Assembly (NCBI GenBank): GCA_024704765.1
Contig: JAKMXF010000332.1
Location: 540,018 to 604,017, forward strand
Length of the DNA stretch: 64,000 nucleotides
From: Oopsacas minuta
Taxonomy: Eukaryota; Animalia; Porifera
Direction of reading: 5' to 3'
A model generated the notes under the pieces. The model was not told where the DNA came from and made no database searches. It was given only the letters and a program-made list of their open reading frames with translations. Of this stretch, positions 24,321-37,489 are shown piece after piece (position 1 is the stretch's first letter; each line of letters begins with the position of its first letter). The translations under genes and the position numbers were made by a program.

Positions 24321-25647
24321 GTCTAAAGTTTATTCCATTGGTGTTGAAATTTCAATTAGACTAAGCTATAGCCTACTAAAGATAAGGCCTAATCACTACT
24401 TTTTGACCAGGCATAAAAGGAAATGAATATATTTTAATGTAAAATTCTCTACTCGCCATAATATTAAATTGGTACATTTTCACGTGAATACATGTATTGT
24501 TGATATGTAAGAATTCCCAAAAACCTCATTTTTTTTGACAATTTTCAGTGCGAAATGATCCGTTAGCGTAACTGGCAAGTATGTATTAAAAATTCTCAAT
24601 CTTTGTAACCATATAGGACGTTAATTAATAATATATGTTAATAATGTTGAAAACCAAATGATCTAAAACCGTTCCTGTACAAAATATAGTATTCTCATGA
24701 TTAAATTCCAACGTTTCTGTCTTATCGTACATACCATGGCTTGCAAGTATTTGTTCAAAAAAAATGATTGTATGAGTATCTGATGATTAGGTCATATTAG
24801 CAAGAGATATCATATCAAAATTTATTTTATGGATATCGAAATTATATCAGTGCTCGACAAATCCAATGGTTTGATGCTTATAGCTACCAGAATTCTTCCT
24901 TAATCCACCAAGGAGCTTGTATTATGGCTTAGTTATGCGAGGTTGTAGCTAAGTTAGTCATCACGGAATTTCAATCTTGCCGAGCGCTGGTGTATATATT
25001 TGCTATGGTGAATTGACCATAATTGTAACGATTATCGAGTTATATGAGGATATTGACAAACATATGACATCCATGGTCTGTGTGAGAACTCAGAACAATG
25101 TCTACTTTTCATGACAAAATTTTATATTTTGTACATAAAGGGTTTTAAATCATTAGTAATTTCAACATTTTGATTATCGATTATTAATTTCCGTTCTAAA
25201 TGGTTTCGAAGATTCAAAATTTTTGATACATATTTCCCAATTACGCTAGTAGATCACGTCACCTAGATCTGTTATTCTTCACAAATATGTCCTTAGTTAA
25301 TTCATTATATTAATAACACATTTATTCGGGTGAAAATCTACCAGTTTCATATTATCGACGATTATAGAATTTCCCATCAACTATATCTACTTCCTTTTAT
25401 CCCTGGTCCAGTGATCAGTCCTTATCTTTAGTAGGCTATGACTGAGCATATATTCACTATTTATATTATCTTATATGCATATTTTTTGTTGTAATCCTAA
25501 CTTTCATAAATGTAATCCGAATATACAAAAAGGGCGTATTCAATAGTTAGGATCTATCATTATGTAGCTACTTTAAAAAAACAACATACTAGGATAAACA
25601 ATTTGATCAATGTTATAGATATACAGCAACAATGAGTCGAATAACTG

Positions 25648-25744
25648 ACAACTTGCCTATAGTAGAGTTGAACAACTGACAACTTGCCTAAAGTAGAGAC
25701 CAATAACTTACAACTTGCATAAAATAGAGTTGAACAATTGACAA
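25648..25744. repeat. Three imperfect tandem copies of a 31-bp unit
   Basis: ACAACTTGCCTATAGTAGAGTTGAACAACTG / ACAACTTGCCTAAAGTAGAGACCAATAACTT / ACAACTTGCATAAAATAGAGTTGAACAATTG. Confidence 0.75.
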
Positions 25745-26404
25745 GATAGGATATTCTACAACTAACGACATCCAAATTCAGACAAATGCAGCTTCCCCTA
25801 CTAGAAATTCCATGTTGCTTAGGGCTAGTAATTTTTTCAATTCGTACCTCAGCTATTAAGAAATCATGAAAATTTACGAAATTTGGATTTTTGTACAGTC
25901 TTGATGATGTTATAATTACAATCCCAAGATGAGTCAGCATTTGGTAAAAGTGTGACGTCAAGCCATTTGGCATATTGAGGTACACCTGTAATTCAAATTT
26001 CAATAATTTAAATATTCTTTAATTTTTCCCTTATTTTTCCGATACAGTTCGAATTTCAGTTGCCGATCGAAATATTTATACTACCCATAGCATACTCTAC
26101 ATATGGTCTCACAACTGATTATCGAATTTTGACCATGGATTCACTATGCGACCTACCTAATTGTTACTGAATTTGTGCGTAATCATCATGGAGGGTATAA
26201 TAACATATTATAATGTATATTCATGTTTTAGCGATTTTGTGTATGCATCAGCATAATTATACCTTCTAATTTTACTTTGTTATTTGCTCATCAGTGCAAA
26301 TATACCCATAAATGGTGAATATTTTCCATGCATTATGTTGGTTTCGAAACTTTTTGTGAACTTGAAATTTGAACCATATGTTCTTCCCGCTATATGTATA
26401 TTTC

Positions 26405-26567
26405 CAGGGTTTCATACTGAAGTGGGCGTCCTGGGTTCCCCCAGAATTCCTAAAATTAGGTATTTTGACAACAGTAAGAATAAGCATGATAGTATTTACA
26501 TGGAGAAGTGTTCTTTATAGGGTGGGATCAATCAGTCCTCACAGTAAAAATCCTGTATGAAACCCTG
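26405..26567. mobile_element. 163-bp MITE
   Basis: 13-bp perfect TIR CAGGGTTTCATAC; ATTTC immediately flanks both ends. Confidence 0.6.
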
Positions 26568-29009
26568 ATTTCTGGACATACAATTCCCACTCGCTTTCTG
26601 CCTCCTTTCTGTCACAATATGACAATTGTCTATATTTGCAATGCCACACAAGCCAGATGAACTCAGAAACTATTTTGCTGATCTCAAGACTGTTTATTAG
26701 TGTTCAAAGCATTTTAGTGATGTAGACATTGAATTTATAATCATTACTACCCAATTGAGATAGCATTTGTTGAGAAGCCCATTGCAAATATCGAATGCTG
26801 AAAAGTTGTCGTACCGTCTATTTTCAAATTATTTTACATATTTTGTGGAAAAATCTGGAATAACTTTTATTGTATATAAGCTTAGCTACTTCTTGCTGGC
26901 GCCCCAATGACAATTATCAGCAAACCTAATAACAGTCCCATTAGTATAAATTGCATCTCATAGGTGCTTATATTTTGGTCTGACTCTTCTGGCCACTCTG
27001 ACGCCCTAAGTCGAGCAAGGGCATTGAACCGGGAAAATCTAAACTTAAACTGACACTATACAGATTTCTTTACGTTGTGTGGGAGCTTATCATCCTGAAA
27101 GTTATAAACACATTACATAATCGCTTGAGTATTTCTAAGTTAGATACTAGTATATTCATGTTTCCTGAGCTACCATAGATGACAGTATCAAGATATATGA
27201 TCGGTCTGGTTAAATTCCTGGGTAGACCTCTGGCGTGGGTGCCAGAAATTTCCGGAAGCCGCAATGTATTATTGCATCTATGCTCCATCTTCACAGTAAC
27301 TACAAAAAAGAAATTCTTGTCCCCTAGACCTCTTTGACGGTAATATTTCATTGCAGTCTCGATTTTGACAATCCCACTGACAACTGATAATTTCACAATT
27401 TGTGTGTTTCATATTCGTAGAATAGATAGAAACGGAGGCTACTGTAAAATACCTGGTTTCTTGAAACTATCACAACTCTAGCAACTTTTCAATCACATTC
27501 TCTAGTTCACAAAGCATATTCTTCATATTATTTTTTATATGTCTTCGTTCGAACTTCGTTAATACGAACACCTACGGACGTTAAACAATTGTTTTCTTTT
27601 CTCGCATTAATAGTGTAATACCAAGTGAATGGGACCTGATTTTACTTTGTTCGTCTTATCCTGAAATTCCTACTAGCTGTATTTACTAACAAGGTTTTAG
27701 TCAACTTATGCGTGGAATAGGGCATATATTATTTATTTTCTTTGTTGTTATTTAGGTGCTTAGTAGGATGGCTAGCCGTCAAGTAGAGGAACATGTTGTG
27801 AATCCTTTACGCCAGATTCCTAGATTGTTGCTCTTTTGGGCAAAGATTCGTCTGGGTTGGCCTTTCTGAAAGAATCATCCTCATAAGTTACATATATGAG
27901 CTTGAATCTCAAGGTCAGCATTTTGGGTCCATAATCAGTGCTTGATTGCACTAAAAGTCCACTCCTTCTAGAGAAACCGCTGCTTTTACCTCATGCATTT
28001 ACTTTTGATATCTGTCAATTTATGTATCATTTATTGATCATAATATAACCTAGAGTTATTATACCCAGTAATGATGATTCTGACAAGTGTGCCACATATT
28101 CGTTAAATTTCACTTCTGTCAAATCGTGCATCCTTGGTCCAAAATCCATGATCAGTTGTGAGGTCTTATGTATACTAGGCTATGGCATACCCTATTATTC
28201 TATTAAGCCCCTGGGAACTTAATTTTTCTTTACCATTTTTCTTGAGATTTTGTACAATATTTATATATATATATATACATACCTATATATACGATTTTAG
28301 AAAACTTATTATACTACTTTAGTGCATAGTCAAATGAGGCTTAAATCATCAAACGAATTCTACAATATTGTGAGGGATTTTATTCACAAGCTTTGACCTT
28401 TTACTAGTCCCCTGCGTTTATTTATGTATTTACGGTAAATTCTTTTGCCAGAATTTCTTGAACAAATTTCGCAAATTTTCACTTCAAAATATCTAATCAT
28501 ATTTATCTGTTTCGTTATTCCTGACTATTAGCTAATTTTCATCCTTTTTATCACCAAGATATTTTGAACTCCCTATTTTATCAATAATAGATAGATACTT
28601 AACGAATTCATACATTATTGTGAATATCCCATTTTCAAATTATTGAAAATAATGAAAAATTACTTGGAATGCTAACTTCATTATTCAAAAGAGCATCAAA
28701 CCTATGAACGATGGCCGTGAGAACTTGCTAAGTTGTCTCAATATATTCCTCATATACCGAACCCTAGAAAGTGTAACTGTCAATTGGTAAGTGATTTACT
28801 TAGTCCTAAATTTTATAAATATATATTGGCCTCTTACTTGTGCCCTAAACCATTACACATAGTGCCGTAATTAAAGTATGACATGGCTAATGGGTTATTT
28901 TACATTTCTGAGTAATTGAACTATTTACGTGGTATATTTATAGCAAGTTTCTCTATGAATACATTCTATCATTTTAGATTTTAATCAATTAGTCTTCTAT
29001 ATTATCTAG

Positions 29010-29486
<477 letters not shown>

Positions 29487-29726
29487 TAGCTTTTAATGAA
29501 AGGATATATGAGCATAATTTTTGAGCGTTGCAAATTTCGCTATTTCTGAAATTATTGCCATGATTTGTAACTTATTTAAAGGACTAAATATGACAGTCGT
29601 TGAATGCTACATTGCTATAATTTCCTTTCTGCAATTATAGATGGATCTATTAATGAATAATGATGATAATAAATAATAATAATGTATAATAAATACATTT
29701 ATACAACAAATTCCATAATATAATGT

Positions 29727-32044
29727 CATAGCATTCTATATACTAAGGCACTGGCAACTATAGAAATTTTGGACCGTGGATTGTCATTACCATCGGACTA
29801 CTTTGCACAATAACTTTTCTATTTTATTATATCAAATTGATTAAACATTTATGTGTATCCAAAACTGCCTACTCCTTAGAACATATTTTGGTATAATTTT
29901 GCCTAATTTATCACATATTTGAATATCCAATTCAATCGTATTGTTTGCTCGAATTAATCGCCTATAGTGGTCTAAGAAATTTATAATTCATCATAAGCAT
30001 AGAGAACTTTTGTAGCAACATTCAAACTATGTATTGGCGTCAATATTTGTGATTACATTTGAAATTTTGTTTCTTAAACATCTTAATATGGAAAATATTT
30101 GACTCACCCATAAATATAGGATTCAATGTTGATAATGCATAATAATTATTTAAATAATTTCGTTTCTTCCAATTACTGCAATATTTGTATAGCATTATCA
30201 CATTTTCAACATGACATGCCTGTTCCTGGTTGTAAGTCGAATTATTACAGCCAAGGTGATTCATACGTGCCTACATTTTCCTTTCCTACTGATGTTGAAA
30301 CTCATGAAAAGTGGTTTCGAGCAATTCCCCGACCTAAAGGAGACTATGAGGAGAATAAACAATTTTGGCAAGTTGTTATGGAAATATCTATGTGATATAG
30401 CATATTTAATTCTCTCTTTATAGGTTTGTATATATCATTTCCGCGAAGAAGATATCGAGAGGAATATTGATATTATAACGAAGTTTAGATCATCAATATA
30501 CCCAGGAAAAAAGTTGTTCTTAAGAAATTTGCAGTTTCTAGTATCTTTCCAAATTGTTCAACCTATTTCACAGATGCAGTTCCTAAATCTCAAAGCTCTC
30601 TCTAGATGTTAAAGAGAAGAGGATACTGGATGTATACAAGAAAATTCGAGCAGAAATTCAAGAGACCGAAATAAAGTCCATGATTTCGAGTCTTAGTTGT
30701 CTTATATCTAAGTTACATATGATCGAACTCCCAAACATATGGCTTTTCCATCTCCCTGATTCTTCTAACATACTATTTCTTAAGATTCATTGTTGTAACG
30801 AAGTTTCCACTGTCGAACGATATATAATTGTCTATTAAAGTTTATTTTGTAATTCTTTTTATAAGGAAAAGAACAAAATTCAGCTCTCATCTTCCTCAAT
30901 CAATGATATCAAGTTATTAGAAAACATTATACATATGGTTGATGTATTTGAAATATCTCCAAATATTAATACAAATACCTCTGCGACATAACATATGTAG
31001 AACTCTATTCATAGTCTTGCTCAGGCTATTGATACGTTAGAGCACACTGATTCCAAATTATATTTCGAAATTGCTGAGGCTTCTATACGAATGCGTCTTA
31101 CTTTTTTGCTGGAACAGTCGAAATATCTAATCATTGATAAACATGCTCGACGTTATAACATCATTACCCAAGTCTTTTGTTCAACAATTCACGGCATTTC
31201 CCCGGCTTGTTACCATTTCATTCCGGGCTCTAATTGCTTAACTTTTCCTCATGAGCCTAATTTGTTGAGAGTAGAAATTGTATTGGCTGAGAGAGTGATT
31301 ATACAAAAATTCTCAAGGAAGTTATCACTACATTCAATGATTTAGAAGACCATGTTATTCTTCAAATGGATGAGGTACATATCCGTCGTGATGCATTATA
31401 TAAGGAAGAGAGGGTAATTAGGTCGATCGACAATACTAATGATCCATATACCACAGTTTTCTCCATGATGGTTTCTAGTCTATCGGCCAAGTTTTCTACT
31501 ATTGTTCGGTTGACATAATGAAGAAATTGTATTTTGCATGATGGTCAAATATAATCTTGTCGAAGAGAGTCCGCAATTACAGTTTTATGGTTTTAAATAT
31601 GATAATACTAGGCTTTAAATTATAAATAACTTTTCTTTGTTCTTTTTTTGATAATTTTACGGTTAGAAGTTTGTGTAGAAGACTGGAGCAATTGTATTGT
31701 TATTCGATTTGTTATATCCAGCTTGACGTTTATGATAGTATAATATATTACTGCTACTACTACTAAGAGATTGTATTATGTTATTTGTTGTATACTACAT
31801 ATACGTATTGTACTGTTAAATATATGGTTTGACTTATTAAACTATTATGTTGACTTTTAATATTCTAATATTAATAAATCAGTCCAGGTATGGTAAATCA
31901 TTTAAACTGATGATTAATAATTAACTAGGAGCAGTAGAATCACACCTATAGATAATACATTATACTTTGAAAGTCGATGGTAATGACAATCCATGGTCCA
32001 AATTTTCAATAAATTGCCATTGCTCTGGTATATAGAATGCTATG
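29727..32044 (+). mobile_element. P-element superfamily transposon (THAP9-like transposase), internally deleted and decayed
   Basis: About 70-bp TIRs starting CATAGCATTCTATATAC; exact 7-bp TSD ATAATGT (29720-29726 / 32045-32051). THAP domain MTC.VPGCKSNY..FSFP.D..W.RAIPR / VCIYHF / AVSSIFPNC from 30211. Transposase fragments RRYNII..SPACYHF..LTFPH and LQMDEVHIR (about 31150-31500). Confidence 0.85.
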
Positions 32045-32424
32045 ATAATGTGATGCGGCCACTTTAGAAACGTGTGTTGATTTGGACAGCGCGCTACCCA
32101 AATTTTTGAAATGTGGAAAATTTACATTTTTTGTCCAGTTATAATGATGTAAAAATTCAATGATGTTTCATTTGATTAAAATCATGAAGTGGGAACGTGT
32201 GGCATATTTAGGGTGAATCTGTTATTAAATTTTCAAACATCCAACCTCTATTTTGGCTGAGCATTGTCTAATAATGTGATTTTGAGTCCTAAAGGTGACA
32301 ATTGTGTAATGTCTCTTCAATAGGTCTGTTTATACTGAACTCAATAATTCAATATTAGAAGCAGTGGAGGATTATCCAATAGGCAAAGTATGCACTTCCT
32401 ACTGCCCTAGTCAATCGAAAATAT

Positions 32425-32600
32425 AATTACAACCTGTGCCGACAGCTTAGTCTATTAATTTAATTTTTATATAGTGGCACTATTAATTGGAGGCACAATG
32501 AGAGGTTAGTTTTAATCTCACACACATAGTGCATCCAATTAATAGTGCCACTCTTTAAACATTAAATTAATAGGCCAAGCCGTCTGCACTGGTTGTAATT
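32425..32600. repeat. Foldback (hairpin) element with about 80-bp imperfect arms
   Basis: AATTACAACCTGTGCCGACAGCTTAGTCTATTAATTTAAT..TAGTGGCACTATTAATTGGAGGCAC is the reverse complement of the right arm with scattered mismatches; loop about 20 bp. Confidence 0.75.
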
Positions 32601-34114
32601 TTATATTTTTCCCAGGGGAGCGAGGATTTCAAATCCATCAAAAAATGTATTTACAATTTACTATTATTATCCTGTCCATATAATGTTCAATTTATTTGCA
32701 ATAATTATCAGTTGACTAAATAATATTAATAGAGGGAATACTGGTGAAGATTTCATTGGTACAAATTCAAGATTGAAAATCGAAATCAGCATATTGAATT
32801 ACCCCATTTTGCTGTTTAGAACAATCTTCTACGATTATTCAAAAGTTGTATAATCGGGCAAGTACATGTCTTTTAAATTATCCATGGTTAATTTGAAAAA
32901 GCTACGGTTAAATTTGATATTCAATGAATCCATATTATATACAGCACTAGAATTATCTATTGTTTAACTAATAAATATTTAACATTTAAAAACGACAGAA
33001 TTATTACCGATGACGGTGTGCTATCTAATGGATATTTTTCATTTACTTTAGCAAACAACTATAACCAATATAAAAATTCTAGAAGAGTACAAAGGTGTAA
33101 TATCTTTTCTCTTTCTAAAGGTGTGAAAATTTGGCACCTTTCCTTTCACAATTTTTTGCTAGAGGCGAGACAAAGGTTGACCAGTATGAAATAGTGACTC
33201 TTGGTGTCCGATTGATTAGCAAAGGGGAAAAGCACATCCGACGAATATCTTCAATATTTCTCACACCATATATCACCTTAACACTATCCAGTTTTGCCTG
33301 CAGGGTTTTCAAGGAGAAAAAATCAAAAGAAAAAATATAGGGTTCACCCATTTCAATACTGGGCTACTATACTAAGGTATAGTCGGCACACTAATAATTC
33401 TTTTGGCACTTTCCCATAGCATTAAACTTATACCATTGGATAAGTTCCCGTTTATCCGAAACAACATCTCCATTAACCTTAGTGTAATCAGAGGGTTTGG
33501 TCCATCCTATACAATGAGCACTTAGAGCATTAAAACCTTGAATATCTACAAAATATTATTTGATTAAGACATATATGTATAATTCATTGTTTAGATTATT
33601 GATATAATTTGTCCTCAATGTCTAAATAGTGATTTTCAAAAATATTGGAGGAGTACTTCCCTCAATTAATACTTGATAACATGCATCTTTCATTTATTTT
33701 GCGATTGGTTTGTATTAGCTATCGTTTCATCTTGTTTGTCGGTATTCATTGTAGTTAGAGACTTAGAGTTTGCAGCCCTGCAGCTAACGATTTTGTTCCT
33801 GGATGCCCGTTGTATATATTTCATTATATTTGTTGCCGGGGCAGCTGGGGGTGGTAAGTGTAAGATAATTCATCTATCATCTCAAAACATTCAAAATTAT
33901 GTTTACACTTGTCATTCTTTGTGCTTAACAAGAAGAAAGTATGATTACAAGTACTTGTATCACTAAGCTATAAATAGGTTTTCTTCAATAATCAAATGTT
34001 ACGATACTTCAGTTCTCTTAAATTAGTATTGCAGAAAGTAGATTACCTGTTTTTCAAGATGTTGTTTGTGTGTTGAAGTCTGTAAACATTTCTTAAATTT
34101 TTTTGTCCCAGATT

Positions 34115-35400
34115 TTACTATGCAAAGTATGCAAAAATATATTGAAGTGCGATGGCAGGTCAACTAAAGGAATACATGTCCATCTCAAGTCGAGCCATCA
34201 GATTGATGTATTACTAAAATGCAGGTATTCAGAAACTCGTCGAGAAGATTCTCGACAAAACGTCCGAAAATCACTCAATTGAACACTTTGTCAACGATAC
34301 CACTCTAACTGCAGTACTTGGGAGGATGACTGTATACGATGACATTCCTTTCAAGAATTTATTAATTCAATAGACCTGAGGAATTCTCTGACAGCCCAGG
34401 GTTATTCTTAACCAAAGTCATAAACAACTATAATTGAACATATAATCAAGGATGGAACGTGTGTATTTGAAAGAATAATCACGATTTACTCCTTACAAAA
34501 TCATAAGGTTAGAAATTCAGCCTTACATTTGCTGAATGGACTTCATTGAGAATAAGGTATATATAAACATAAATATACATTGTGTTGGATAGATTTGGAA
34601 TTTAGGATTAGTAGAATCATTGGAAGTTATCAGCCGAGAGATGTCTTGATGCAGTATCTAGTAAATTGAATTAATTTGGAATAGAGTTTGGGGCTGATAT
34701 TACCGCTGTTAATTCTAACCCCTCTATCTATTGTGATACGGCCACGTGCTTCAACTCATAATACACCACGGGCTCAACTCGTAATACGCCCGAACTCACT
34801 CTTAAACATGCTTGAGAGGATTGTTGAGATGCAGATACCATTTCAAAAGACACTTTTTGATCTGAATTCTGATATTATTTTAACCCGATAACGAGTTTGG
34901 CCAAATTTCGCTTATTATACAACATTGGGCCCTATCAAGATTCTAGTTGAGGCTTTGTGTAGAATAGATGCAACTTTTATCACTGCTGAAGCATGATAAC
35001 ATTTGGCCTTATGAAATGCAAAATTTCCCTCCTTCAGAGTATAACAATAGGATTATTGAAGCAATTACTCGGAGTATTCTGCATCGCAATATATAGGAGC
35101 TAAGATAATAATTGCATACTTACACAACCCTGTGACCAAATTTAAAAAATGTCTGTTGTAAACTAATTTTGTTGCAAATTATTGTCCACTGTAAGCCAGT
35201 ACCATGATCTAGACAGAAGTCCGTCAATGAAATGGATCAAGTGATATACAATTCAGTTAAAAATATTAATGACACATAAACACTGCCTGTGGCAATGAAG
35301 TTACAATTGGCTATTGATGCTTCCTTCAAGACACCACAAGAAATACAATCGTTTGATGACTCCTGTATCAGTTAAACGATTCGAAGGGAATTTCATAATT
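34115..35400 (+). mobile_element. Heavily decayed BED-finger hAT transposase
   Basis: CKVCKNILKCDGRSTKGIHVHLKSSH (BED zinc finger, from 34121), AVLGRMTVYDDIPF, SLTFAEWTSLR..YININIH..WNLGLVR (DEWTS-like), VEALCRIDATF. Confidence 0.6.
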
Positions 35401-36317
35401 GGGCATTACAAAGGGGAAATAGGGTGATAACCTTATGAACCAATGAGTTAATGAAATAGTTTAGACTAAATAGCCACTATATATTGATTTTAGTGAAGTT
35501 ACGTCCGAACAGAGTGTGATCTGAGATTCTTACAATTAGTAACAAATGTATAAAATGTTTATGGTGGAGTATAAAATTATATCAGGACTGTAATGCATTT
35601 GTATCGATTGTAGAATAGAATTCTATTGGTCAATACACTCTATTTAGTGTACCTATACACGAATATTTATCATATAACACATTTTAGCAACATCAAAAAA
35701 CTGTTTTTGAGCTTGAACCCGCTAATTTGGGGTAATCAAGGACGTCGAATGCAGTAATCAAATATCAAATTCGTGTACTCCAATGAAATGAATATATAAC
35801 GTTTTACATAATCACAATAATTATATAGTTCAAAGTGCAAGCATAACATCATCAAAATGTATATGTATGACCTCATCAAGATAATAAGCATGCTTTCGTA
35901 TCTTAAAACAAATTATCTCAGGACCAAAATTTATACAGCAATTAAGTATAAGTTAACATTCTTATTAGACAAGTACAACAGTGTACACAGATCAGATTGT
36001 GATTCTGCTTAAGTCAATTACCTTAGGAACAGTTTTTCTTAAAATCTAACATTTTCGGTAGGATTAGAGCTATATATAAATTCTGCCAGGGACATAGGTA
36101 TATCGATGAATGGTGATAATTAATTACTAACATTGATACAATATCTCATTAAGAATAGTTCATATTAAATGAAGTCCCCAAAAGCATATATGTGTTTATT
36201 TCATATACGATGGCAGAAATATTGAGCCGGATAGGCTCTTTCCGCGTACCACGCGAAAAGTATCTTTGGCGCGACATGTTGTCTATCAAATATTACTTTA
36301 AATATAATATCTATTCA

Positions 36318-36608
36318 CAGTAGATTCCGCACAATAGGGTCACTTCGGGATCAGGATATTTCGACCAGATTAAGAGAACTATACGTGTTGACGAGATTAA
36401 CAGGAGTGAATTAACACTATTTGTATTGTCTGTTTTGGACTCTTTAGCCTGATTAACCCATTGTCAGTAGTGGCGCTAGCCCACCGCTACTAGTTGGCAC
36501 AATTACGTCACAGGTGGGGCATCAGTTATTAAACTGGAGCATACTTACATTACTGAGGTGGGGCACAAACCCCAATTGGCTCGATGTTCTATTAAGCGGA
36601 GTCTACTA
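36318..36608. mobile_element. pogo/Tigger-like MITE
   Basis: Left CAGTAGATTCCGCACAATAG versus right-end reverse complement TAGTAGACTCCGCTTAATAG; TA at the right flank, CA at the left. Confidence 0.5.
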
Positions 36609-36769
36609 TAATTTACTAACTTATAGAGCAAACTAATCGATTGTTAAAATCTTCGCAAAATAGTAACTATAATAGTCTGTAAAGAATCTAAATTGACCTT
36701 TCATACTTGTGTTTTAGTAAAAAGTTCTATTTACCGTAAGTAACCCAATCGGTAGGAGATTTTGTTTTC

Positions 36770-37150
36770 TATTGATATTATCGCGAGAACTGAGAATTAT
36801 TCTCGCAAGTCGTATCCCAAGTTCTAATTTTAACTTGGAAGCTGCATCTTGCTGGTGATGTACTTACTGGAAGTGAAAGTATAGTTCCAAGTGCGATCCA
36901 AGCATTTGAAAATGTGTCTGTAAGGTTCGAATAAATAAGATAATTCAGACAATTTATCGGGTAACTATATTTTGTAGAATTATGGATTTGGACAAAGGCC
37001 AGAATTTCTCTCTAAGTCCATCACTATCTAAACAATCATGAAAGGTTCCATAGAAAATGCCAATACCTCCCAACTGACCATTCCAGTTTGGCTGTAAGTG
37101 AATTAAGGGATTCAATTTATAAGATGTATGATTATCTCGATAATTTTCCA
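36770..37150 (-). mobile_element. hAT transposase C-terminal remnant
   Basis: INCLNYLIYSNLTDTFSNAWIALGTILSLPVSTSPARCSF resembles the hAT dimerisation domain (FPN..IALRILLTLPVSTASAERSFS). Confidence 0.55.
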
Positions 37151-37489
37151 AGTTACACTCCTTTCAAATTTCCATTATTCCATCATATTTTCCCGGCATA
37201 AATTATTTCATATATTCACTCTGAAATGAAAAATGCAATATTTAACCTTCTATAAGAATTCATAGAATGACATATATATACATGAACCATGCTTACTGTA
37301 CTAGATAATACTTTGACATATTCCTGAAAAATTTTATGAATATTGGTTGAAAGTTTGTTGGACACAAGTACAATCTATTAGTACTGGCAAAACGATTCGT
37401 TTCTGAAATGTAGAAACTACTCGGTCGACACGTATATCCCTAGCCCATAATGGCTCAATAGTTAGAAGCGCAATAGGAACAATCATATA

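Larger units (their letters stand above)
9562..29009 (+). other. PP1 intron 1 (19,448 bp, phase 0, GT-AG)
   Basis: Joining CAG(9561) to AGT(29010) restores the conserved DRGKQ|SLETICLL; acceptor TATTATCTAG. Confidence 0.9.

Noticed and set aside
25648-25744. 31-bp repeats as a CRISPR-like array
   Set aside because: Units are contiguous with no unique spacers, there are no cas genes, and the context is eukaryotic.
27000-27014. DALSR peptide resembling the Gypsy RNase H end motif
   Set aside because: Isolated 5-residue match with no supporting upstream or downstream pol motifs.
27755-27872. Acceptor-like AG followed by a 37-codon open frame in PP1 intron 1
   Set aside because: No homology recognised; such sites are expected by chance in 19 kb of AT-rich sequence.
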